From NCBI GenBank assembly GCA_013151185.1, contig JAADIU010000337.1, positions 10,558 to 34,557 of the forward strand: a stretch of DNA of 24,000 nucleotides, written 5' to 3'. Position numbers and translations under genes: made by a program. Source of the stretch: Planctomycetota bacterium (GTDB lineage: Bacteria; Planctomycetota; Phycisphaerae; UBA1845). The notes beneath the pieces were generated by a model. It saw only the letters and a program-made list of their open reading frames with translations, did not search any database and had not been told where the DNA came from. This document shows positions 16,462 to 23,873 of the stretch, in pieces (positions within the stretch are counted from its first letter, which is position 1; every line of letters begins with the position of its first letter).

Positions 16462-16776
16462 CTACGTCACCTGATCGATCAGGTGGACCGTCTCAGAGTG
16501 CATCATGACGGGGATGAGTATTAACAGCAGGAAGAAAAACGCGGCGAGAATCAGCACCCAATACAGCGTGGATCGCTCTCCCAATAGGTGCATGAAGTAC
16601 GTTGCAACCAAGGTGCCTTTGACCGATGCGATCGCCAATGCGACGAATACGCCCACCGCGACGGACACGTTCAGCGAGGAAGCCAACACGGTCACGATGG
16701 TCAGTACACCCAACGCGCCGAACACCATCAGGTACAGGCGAACACTTTTTCGAACTTCTTCAATACTGGAGGCCAT
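16462..16776 (-). CDS. ctaF: Cytochrome c oxidase subunit IV (prokaryotic COX4 family)
   Basis: About 104 aa with three hydrophobic segments. YLMVFGALGVLTIVTV and KGTLVATYFMHL motifs. The ATG at 16776 is preceded by GGAG. Confidence 0.8.
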   Translation of the reverse strand: MASSIEEVRKSVRLYLMVFGALGVLTIVTVLASSLNVSVAVGVFVALAIASVKGTLVATYFMHLLGERSTLYWVLILAAFFFLLLILIPVMMHSETVHLIDQVT

Positions 16777-16848
16777 CGACTTCGCTCCGTGTGGGTTTCC
16801 GTGTGGGTTGGTGCTTGGGCAAATCAAATTGCGATGCGCCCTGCACCC

Positions 16849-17451
16849 TTACAGCAAGTAGAAAACGGGAAACAGGAAAATCCAAACCAAATCGACAAAG
16901 TGCCAATACAACCCGGTGCATTCGATGCGGTTGGTGAACTGCTCGGGATTCTTGCGCCACAATCCAAAACCGGGCAGCAAGAAGTAAAGCATCACGATCA
17001 CACCACCAAGAATGTGCAATCCGTGCAGTCCGGTCATGCAATAGTAGATGGCATAGAACGTGCTCGTATCGGGCGTAATGCCGTGGTGAATCTTGTGCAG
17101 GTACTCGAACTTGATCTTGATCACCAGAAACGCAACCGAAAGGAACACCGTCAACCAGAGGTACAGCTTGCCCTTGGACGGCTCATTCAGTTTGAACGAA
17201 GCCCACGCCATCACCATCGTCACACTGGACGTGATCAGAAGGAATGTGTTGAGGGCACCGATCTTGTAGTTGAGGGTGGTCTCCTCGTGCGACGGGAAGT
17301 CACCATGCGTGCGAAGCAGGATGTATGCACTGAACAGCGCACCAAACAGCATGACCTCTGAGGCAAGGAACAGCCACAGGCCAAACTTGCCGTTGTACAT
17401 CCCGGTGACGGGATGCGGTTCGAGCGTATGGGGAAGCAGTTCACTGGACAC
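16849..17451 (-). CDS. ctaE: Cytochrome c oxidase subunit III (short, five-helix type)
   Basis: GLWLFLASEVMLFGALFSAY and WHFVDLVWIFLFPVFYL. GTG start is preceded by GGAG. Confidence 0.92.
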   Translation of the reverse strand: MSSELLPHTLEPHPVTGMYNGKFGLWLFLASEVMLFGALFSAYILLRTHGDFPSHEETTLNYKIGALNTFLLITSSVTMVMAWASFKLNEPSKGKLYLWLTVFLSVAFLVIKIKFEYLHKIHHGITPDTSTFYAIYYCMTGLHGLHILGGVIVMLYFLLPGFGLWRKNPEQFTNRIECTGLYWHFVDLVWIFLFPVFYLL

Positions 17452-17541
17452 TGATAAACATCTCCATCGTGTGGTGGCTGTCTTGTTTTCTTCCGGCCTT
17501 GTTATCTTTCGGCAACTTCAAACCAACTCTGTCGTGGCGAA

Positions 17542-19305
17542 CTACGACAACTTTGCATCGGACAGGTGCTGCGGCTGGAAGTCTTCCTTTGCACCGGGAA
17601 CGCTGTATTCGTACGGACCTCGATAGACGACCGGTACTTCGGCGAAGTTTCCGTGCGGTGGCGGCGAAGGAGCAGCCCATTCGAGCGTCGTCGCCTTCCA
17701 CGGATTCTCGACCGACTTCTTCCCTGCGACGGCGCTGTAGAAGAAATTAATGATAAAGGGCAACTGACTCAGCCCGAGCATCCACGCGCCCCACGATGAC
17801 ATCACCGTCCAGCCCTGCACCTCTGCACCGAGCACATATTCGGTTTGATCCCACAATCGCCGCGACACACCCCTGAGCCCGATGATGAGCATCGGGCCGA
17901 AGATGACGTTCATGAAGAGGAGGGTCGGCCAAAAGTGCAGGTGCCCCAGCAGCGTGCTCATCTTTCGACCGGTTACTTTCGGGAACCAGAAGTAGATGCC
18001 GGCAAACAGAGCCATGATCGTCCCCGGCGCGACCACATAGTGGAAGTGACCGATGACGTAGTATGTATCGTGAAGCTGAATGTCCGATGCTGAAAGCCCC
18101 AACGGCAAACCGGTCAACCCGCCAATCGCAAACATCGGCAGGAAAGACAATGCAAACAGCATCGGCACATTGAATCGAATCGACGCGTTCCAAAGGCTCA
18201 GCAGCATTGCCGTCAAAATCACCACCGATGGAATCGAGATAATCATCGTGGTGGTCTGGAAGAAGTTGCTCATCGTGGTGCCCATACCCGTCAGGAACAT
18301 GTGGTGGGCCCAAACCACGAACGACATGAAGCCAAGGAAGACAACCGAGTAGACCAGCGTCTTGTAACCCCACAACGGGCGACGCGTGTTGTTTGCGATG
18401 ATCTCGCCGATGATGCCGAGCGCCGGCAAAATCAAGACGTACACTTCGGGGTGCGCCAAGAACCAGAATAAGTGTTGCCAAAGCAGCGGACTGCCTCCGC
18501 CTGCGTACTCATCCCTCACAACACCACTCACCACCAAGCCGGTCGGCATGAAGAAACTGGTGTCAAATGCACGGTCCATCAACTGCAACACCCCGGCAGC
18601 TTCCAACGGTGGGAAGGCCAGCAGAAGCAGGAAACTCGTCACCAACTGCGCCCACACGAAAAACGGCAGGCGAAACATCGTGAGTCCCTTCACCCGCAGG
18701 TGAACGATGGTCACGATGAAGTTCACGCTACCCAAGAGCGACGACGTAATCAGCAAAACCATACCGAGCAGCCAGATGGTCTGCCCGTTCCAGAAATGAT
18801 GCGCGTTGTCCACGTTGGCAATGACCGACAAAGGCGGATACGACGTCCAACCGGAATTCGCCGCCCCACCCGGCACAAAGAAACTCGCCAACATCGCAAT
18901 ACCACCGAGAACATAAACCCAGTAGCTGGCCATGTTCAGGCGGGGAAACGCCATGTCGGGAGCGCCGATTTGCAGCGGCATCACATAGTTGCCAAAACCG
19001 CCAACCGCGAGCGGAACGACGCCAAGAAACACCATGATCGTGCCGTGCATCGCGCCAAGCGCGTTGTAACCTTCTGGCAGCAAGACGCCGTTGTTGTCCA
19101 CTAGGTACTGCCCAAGCCAACCCCCGATCAGCGGAATCGCATCGCCCGGATAGGCCAGTTGCCACCGCATGATCATCATCAAGGAGAAACCGAAGAACAG
19201 GAAAATCAGCGATGTGACCGCGTACTGCACACCGATGACCTTGTGGTCCACGGAGAACACATACTTGCGGATGAACCCGGGATTGTGGGTGTGATCAGAA
19301 CTCAT
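17542..19305 (-). CDS. ctaD: Cytochrome c oxidase subunit I
   Basis: 587 aa with heme-copper oxidase motifs HGTIMVF, WFLAHPEVYVLILP, WAHHMF and GHFHYV. Confidence 0.97.
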   Translation of the reverse strand: MSSDHTHNPGFIRKYVFSVDHKVIGVQYAVTSLIFLFFGFSLMMIMRWQLAYPGDAIPLIGGWLGQYLVDNNGVLLPEGYNALGAMHGTIMVFLGVVPLAVGGFGNYVMPLQIGAPDMAFPRLNMASYWVYVLGGIAMLASFFVPGGAANSGWTSYPPLSVIANVDNAHHFWNGQTIWLLGMVLLITSSLLGSVNFIVTIVHLRVKGLTMFRLPFFVWAQLVTSFLLLLAFPPLEAAGVLQLMDRAFDTSFFMPTGLVVSGVVRDEYAGGGSPLLWQHLFWFLAHPEVYVLILPALGIIGEIIANNTRRPLWGYKTLVYSVVFLGFMSFVVWAHHMFLTGMGTTMSNFFQTTTMIISIPSVVILTAMLLSLWNASIRFNVPMLFALSFLPMFAIGGLTGLPLGLSASDIQLHDTYYVIGHFHYVVAPGTIMALFAGIYFWFPKVTGRKMSTLLGHLHFWPTLLFMNVIFGPMLIIGLRGVSRRLWDQTEYVLGAEVQGWTVMSSWGAWMLGLSQLPFIINFFYSAVAGKKSVENPWKATTLEWAAPSPPPHGNFAEVPVVYRGPYEYSVPGAKEDFQPQHLSDAKLS

Positions 19306-19337
19306 CTTTGGGTTGACCCCTTCACCTTATTGAGGAA

Positions 19338-19410
19338 GTAGGGTCCGCTTTGCGGACCATTTTTCAGCATCGAACATTGCGCCTGTGACGGTCCGCACAG
19401 CGGACCCTAC
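19338..19410. repeat. REPIN-like inverted doublet, stem variant B, located between ctaC and ctaD
   Basis: GTAGGGTCCGCTTTGCGGACC at 19338-19358 and GGTCCGCACAGCGGACCCTAC at 19390-19410, with a 31-nt spacer. It abuts the ctaC stop codon. Confidence 0.85.
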
Positions 19411-20399
19411 TAATCGTCCTCTTCTTCGTCGTCTTCAAAGACTTCTTCTACACCGGCTTCTGCGAACCAGGCTTCGTAATCGTCGCTCTCATGGATCACC
19501 ATCTGCCCCTTCATCCGATAGTGCCCCAAACCGCACAACTGGGCACACTGAATGTTGACAGGGAATGCCGGTGCCAAATCGACCGACGTGATGCCATCGG
19601 CAATCAGCGTCTTAAGATGCTCTGCCGTCAACGTCGTTCCCGCAGGCACCGAACCGTTCTTCGACATGGTGATCAGCAAACGGTTTCTGTTGATGAATTT
19701 TTCAGCGCGTCTTCCGGCGGCTGACTCGGGCACGGCATACGCACGGGTCATTATCTTCTGCGTTTCTTCGCTCGTCTTTGTGGCTTTGAACCAAATCGGA
19801 ATTTCCATCCCGGGAATGGCGTCCTGCTTCACCCGAAGCAAAGGCACCGCGAATGAGTGGATCACATCCTTCGACGTCAAACGAACCAGAATGTCGCGGT
19901 CCTTGGGGATGTGAAAAATGTTGACGCTGACGTAGTCGTCGGCACGGTTCGGATCTTCGGACGCATCCACCAGACCGATCGGGTTCAGCGCTTCGTCGAT
20001 CAACTCGGGCCTGGTTTTTCCAAACTTGCCGTCCGGTCCCGGATAGTGAATGTTCCAGGCGAACTGCTGAGCCACCACGCGCACGGTGAGTGGATTCTTG
20101 TCAGCCGTCGGTGGTTCGCTTCGATAATACGCCCAGACCGGAATCGAAAAGCCGACCAGCAAGATCGCCTCGATGACAATCACAATCACCTCTGCCGCCT
20201 TCGATGTCTTCGCCTTGGCGTCCGCATAGGTCGCGGTGGGGTTGGCACTCGCTCGGAATCGCACCAGACAATAGGCGAAGTACACACCCCACACGACGAA
20301 CAACACCGCCATGAAGATGTGCAAATAGCTGATGATAATGTCAATTTCGGAACCGCGCTCTGCGATATTCGGTGGAAGCCAAAAGGAAGACGCAATCAT
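19410..20399 (-). CDS. ctaC: Cytochrome c oxidase subunit II (CuA; no fused cytochrome c domain)
   Basis: Two N-terminal TM helices. QQFAWNIHYP, DVIHSFAVP and the CuA motif CAQLCGLGHYRM. Acidic tail EEVFEDDEEEDD. Confidence 0.92.
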   Translation of the reverse strand: MIASSFWLPPNIAERGSEIDIIISYLHIFMAVLFVVWGVYFAYCLVRFRASANPTATYADAKAKTSKAAEVIVIVIEAILLVGFSIPVWAYYRSEPPTADKNPLTVRVVAQQFAWNIHYPGPDGKFGKTRPELIDEALNPIGLVDASEDPNRADDYVSVNIFHIPKDRDILVRLTSKDVIHSFAVPLLRVKQDAIPGMEIPIWFKATKTSEETQKIMTRAYAVPESAAGRRAEKFINRNRLLITMSKNGSVPAGTTLTAEHLKTLIADGITSVDLAPAFPVNIQCAQLCGLGHYRMKGQMVIHESDDYEAWFAEAGVEEVFEDDEEEDD

Positions 20400-20744
20400 G
20401 TGTCGTTATACCCTTGGTAGCGCCATCCGCGAAGATGGCGTCGAGGCTCTCAAATCTTCTCAGTAACAGAACATCTCAGTGACAGAACAGCGGTCAACAC
20501 CAAAAATCAATCGGTGCGGGTCATTGAGTTTCAAACATCTGCAACCCCTGACTTCGGAGTCGAGTACACGCAAAGAACGCACCCAGCCGAGTCAATGGTT
20601 TTCAGTCAGTGGTTGTCAATGACGCCAACTCCCGCTTCGGGGCGAAAGTGTAGGGGGTCATCCGTTGGTCGTCAATCGGAATCCTCGATTGGAATCCGAC
20701 CCCCAAAGCCCCCAGATTCAACAAGCTACGAACCTTCCAGAATT

Positions 20745-20773
20745 GAAAAACCCTCAGGAGATTCTCCCGAGGG
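20745..20773 (-). terminator. Rho-independent terminator downstream of the cupredoxin gene
   Basis: The minus strand reads CCCTCGGGAG-AAT-CTCCTGAGGG (10-bp stem with one G-U) followed by TTTTTCAATT. It starts 45 nt after the stop at 20819-20821. Confidence 0.7.
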
Positions 20774-20818
20774 TGGGTGTATCTTTGGTGGATGTCTAAG
20801 CTTCGCTATCGATCGAAC

Positions 20819-21547
20819 CTACTTCGCCTTGAAGACGAACTCGACCTCGACAGCCGCCCCATCGGCGACGGTGACCTTCTGCTCCATCTCGCCGAACGTC
20901 TCGTGCCATGCAACCAGCGTGTACTCGCCTGCCGGCAAATCATTGATGTCGCATGTGCCCTTCTTGCCCGTCACCGCATGGAAGGGATGATCGAACACGC
21001 CAATGTGGGCGCTCATCCACGGATGCACGTCGCACTTGACCTTCACGATTTCGGGGCGAGCAAACTTCACTTCCTTCTCATCACCCTTCTTGGGCTGAGC
21101 GAAGTTGAATCCACGTTGCTTCTCGGCGAAACTGTGAATGTTGTGCAGCGTACTGTCGCTGTTTTTGATCAGCATCGGCTGACCGGTTTGAAGAGACAGA
21201 ACGTGCGGCTTGTACATGCAGCCCTGCTGATTGAGTTCGGCTTGTTCGGCGGGCGTGTCAAACTTGGCGTCGCCCAAACCGTCCTTCACATAGACAATCA
21301 CATTCTTGACCATGCCCGATTTGCTGACGATGGCCTGTTCACTGCCGACCTTCTTTGGCGACCCGTCCTTCTTCTTGTTGGCTGTGGCGCAGTACTGATC
21401 GGCGTCCATTTTGATAACCGATCGCTTGGGACGTTTTCCGTCGAATTTCGCGGTGGCTTTGACGCCTCCACCCGCCCATGCGGACTGTGTTATTGCCAAC
21501 ACCATCAAGAGTGAACCGGCTTTCAATTTGAATGATCGAACGTTCAT
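20819..21547 (-). CDS. Secreted cupredoxin-like (amicyanin/plastocyanin-type) copper protein with a C-terminal beta-sandwich extension
   Basis: Strong SD (AAGGAGA) and signal peptide LLMVLAITQSAWA. Candidate type-1 Cu ligands are STLHNIH and KCDVHPWM (C-x2-H-x2-M, as in amicyanin CTPHPFM). Confidence 0.7.
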   Translation of the reverse strand: MNVRSFKLKAGSLLMVLAITQSAWAGGGVKATAKFDGKRPKRSVIKMDADQYCATANKKKDGSPKKVGSEQAIVSKSGMVKNVIVYVKDGLGDAKFDTPAEQAELNQQGCMYKPHVLSLQTGQPMLIKNSDSTLHNIHSFAEKQRGFNFAQPKKGDEKEVKFARPEIVKVKCDVHPWMSAHIGVFDHPFHAVTGKKGTCDINDLPAGEYTLVAWHETFGEMEQKVTVADGAAVEVEFVFKAK

Positions 21548-21992
21548 CGGGTATGTCTCCTTGGTTATTTGTCACTGCAGCCGACCTGAGCAAACGGCTC
21601 GGGTATGCCGCGTCTTTACGCGGATGATTGCCACCCATCATCGCGGGCGAGTGGTGTGAAGCAAGAAGAACGGACATTCTCTTCATCCGAACGCTCCGCG
21701 TCGTCACTATTGCGTTCGAGCTTTCTGGTAGGGTCCCATCAACACCCAGCTCGGATGGGCGGCTGGCTACCTTCCAAAAGCCAACGACGGCCGATCAGTC
21801 TAGGACGCCCGTCTCGGAAGTCAATCGACCAGAGCCCGCACACAACCTGTGAGAAAGTGCAGCGGATGCTGCAAAGGCTGCCGGCTGTTCAGTTGGTTTC
21901 ACCCCTTCCAGCCAGAATTGACCTTGTGCCATCACACGCGAATCCGCGCCGATTTCCAGATCACATGTGCGCCGAGTTCAAACGGTATTAGA

Positions 21993-23018
21993 ATGGTGCT
22001 CCGCTCGGGCTCACGGATTCCAGATGTGGGCGAAGCGCTACGGATCGGAGGAGTCAGCATCGTGATCGTTGTCGGAATAGATGAAGCGGGCTATGGGCCC
22101 CTGCTTGGCCCGCTTGTTGTGACGGCTACGGTGTTTGAAGTTCCCGACGGGCTACAAAACGAAGATCTTTGGAACCTCCTCCGCGAAGCAATCTGCCGCG
22201 ATCCGTCCCGACATGAAACACGCCTCCCCATCGCGGACAGCAAAAAACTCTACGACCGAAAGAAAGGCCTCATCACGCTCGAGCGCACGGCGCTGGTCAT
22301 GCTCAATACCGCAAACCGATCGCCCCACACGCTTCGCGATCTTCTTCACGTCCTGTCTCCGGGGATGCTTGCGGAACTCCAAAACCATCCTTGGTATGCC
22401 GCGTACGAGTGCGACATCCCGACAGCCTCATCCGCATTGGACATTTCCACACGCGCCAATGCCGTCAAACGATGTATGTCCGCATCACAAGTGTCACTGC
22501 GTGGCATTTTCTCCGAAGTGCTGCTGGAATCGGACTACAACCGAAGAATCCAAATCACGCGCAACAAAGCTGCCGTCCTCATGCAAGCCGCCCTTCGACT
22601 GGTGCAGCGCGTGCGGGATCGCTTCGGGCCGTGCGTTATCGTGCATGTCGATCGACACGGTGGCAGATCGCGCTACCGCGAAGCCTTGATGACATTCTTT
22701 GAATGTAAACCGCTTCGCATAATCTCCGAAACGGCGACCCACAGCGCATACACCGTCGGCGGTTCTGACGATACATGGACCATCGACTTCACGACCAAAG
22801 GCGAAACGTCGCACCTTCCGATCGCGCTCGCGAGCATTTTCAGCAAGTACCTGCGCGAACTGCTGATGGGGGCGATCAACGCGTACTTTGCCGAGCGCAT
22901 CGCGGGATTGGTCCCGACAGCCGGGTACTACACCGATGCAAAACGATTCCTCGCAGACATCGCACAGGTTGTTCAAGCAGAAAACATAGGTCAATCCACA
23001 TTGGTGCGGTCACGGTGA
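21993..23018 (+). CDS. RNase HII-family (type 2 RNase H)-like protein, atypically long
   Basis: GIDEAGYGPLLGPLVVTA, IADSKKLY, VIVHVDRHGG, KGETSHLPIALASIFSKYLRE and AGYY align with the conserved blocks of bacterial RNase HII. An alternative GTG start at 22062 follows GGAGGAG and would give an N-terminus directly at the catalytic motif. Confidence 0.65.
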   Translation: MVLRSGSRIPDVGEALRIGGVSIVIVVGIDEAGYGPLLGPLVVTATVFEVPDGLQNEDLWNLLREAICRDPSRHETRLPIADSKKLYDRKKGLITLERTALVMLNTANRSPHTLRDLLHVLSPGMLAELQNHPWYAAYECDIPTASSALDISTRANAVKRCMSASQVSLRGIFSEVLLESDYNRRIQITRNKAAVLMQAALRLVQRVRDRFGPCVIVHVDRHGGRSRYREALMTFFECKPLRIISETATHSAYTVGGSDDTWTIDFTTKGETSHLPIALASIFSKYLRELLMGAINAYFAERIAGLVPTAGYYTDAKRFLADIAQVVQAENIGQSTLVRSR

Positions 23019-23173
23019 CCCCGCAGTGGAAGGCTTGATTCGCTTCGCTGGCTGCCAGCCAAAATCGCGTTGACACGAACACGGGGCGGCGATAGGGTCA
23101 GCGAGTCTGGTGTGCGATGTTTGATTGTTCGATCGAATTTGAATGTTCGATCGAAAGAGCGGAGGGTTCACCC

Positions 23174-23512
23174 ATGTCGGTTGAAAACTGGTCTGAGACC
23201 GTATTGCTAGCCGAACTGAGCGACGACCCCGGCTTCAGCGACGACCTGAGCGCCGTGATCGAGCAGGTCCAGGCGAATAAAGAGTTGGACGTCGTGCTTC
23301 ACTTCTCGGGCGTCAACTACCTCAACTCATCGAACATCGCCAAGCTGCTGAGACTCCGCAAGCTCCAGCTATCAAATAGCCGTCAGCTAAGACTCTGCGC
23401 CGTCAATACGCATGTGTGGGGCCTGTTTCTGGTGACCGGCTTGGACAAGGTCTTTACGTTCTTCGACGACGTTTCGATGGGCCTAGCCAGCATCCAACTC
23501 GACCAAGAGTAA
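23174..23512 (+). CDS. STAS-domain protein (anti-sigma-factor antagonist, SpoIIAA-like)
   Basis: The ATG at 23174 is preceded by GGAGGG. DVVLHFSGVNYLNSSNIAKLL and LRLCAVNTHVWGLFLVTGLDKVF match STAS motifs. Confidence 0.75.
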   Translation: MSVENWSETVLLAELSDDPGFSDDLSAVIEQVQANKELDVVLHFSGVNYLNSSNIAKLLRLRKLQLSNSRQLRLCAVNTHVWGLFLVTGLDKVFTFFDDVSMGLASIQLDQE

Positions 23513-23693
23513 TCGTCCCGACTCGCACGCAGTCCAAACGCGCGCACAACCTGCATCGATGGTTCAATCCAAAATAAGAATACCGGAATAAAAATAGATG
23601 TGGAGTTCGCGCGCCCGGTTGTACAACTTCCCAACGAACGAGACCAGCCGATTGGCCGATCGTCTGGTGGCCGATCGTCTAGCCCCTAGCGGA

Positions 23694-23873
23694 CTAACCA
23701 ATCGTCGCGCGGCGGGCTGACTTGCGTGACTGACGACGCCTGCGCTCGGAGGGCTTTTCGTAGTAGCTGGTTCGCTTGATGTCGCGCGTCAAGCCCTCTC
23801 GTTGACAGAGACGCTTGAAACGGCGGAGCAACTGCTGCACGGATTCATTTCCGCGTGGTTTGACCTTGATCAC
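23694..23873 (-). CDS. rpsU: 30S ribosomal protein S21
   Basis: Hand translation of the minus strand gives (V/M)IKVKPRGNESVQQLLRRFKRLCQREGLTRDIKRTSYYEKPSERRRRQSRKSARRATIG, then a stop. That is 59 aa with a GTG start, below the ORF-track cut-off. It closely matches the S21 consensus (IKV..R.NES...ALRRFKR.C...G....R.R..YEKPS..R). Confidence 0.88.
   Translation of the reverse strand: MIKVKPRGNESVQQLLRRFKRLCQREGLTRDIKRTSYYEKPSERRRRQSRKSARRATIG

Noticed and set aside
17747-18481. 244-aa same-strand alternative-frame ORF inside ctaD
   Set aside because: It lies entirely inside the subunit I reading frame, whose heme-copper motifs are intact. The alternative frame is Arg/Asp/His-rich with no hydrophobic pattern. 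There is no slippery-site evidence for frameshifting.
3147-19410. Whether the short repeats could form a CRISPR array
   Set aside because: The units occur as inverted pairs, not direct repeats. There are only two per locus, at four dispersed loci, with no regular repeat-spacer periodicity and no cas genes.
21728-21760. GTAGGGTCCCATC...GATGGGC, a possible degenerate unit combining the GTAGGGT head with a CCCATC/GATGGG stem
   Set aside because: It is a single copy with only a 6-bp stem and a 13-nt loop, and it has no inverted partner. It could be chance in a GC-rich intergenic region. It is noted for anyone running a genome-wide repeat search.
23653-23680. TGGCCGATCGTCT repeated twice with period 15, between the STAS gene and rpsU
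   Set aside because: It is very short, has only two copies, carries no associated structure and has no other copy in the window. It is most likely a local slippage duplication.
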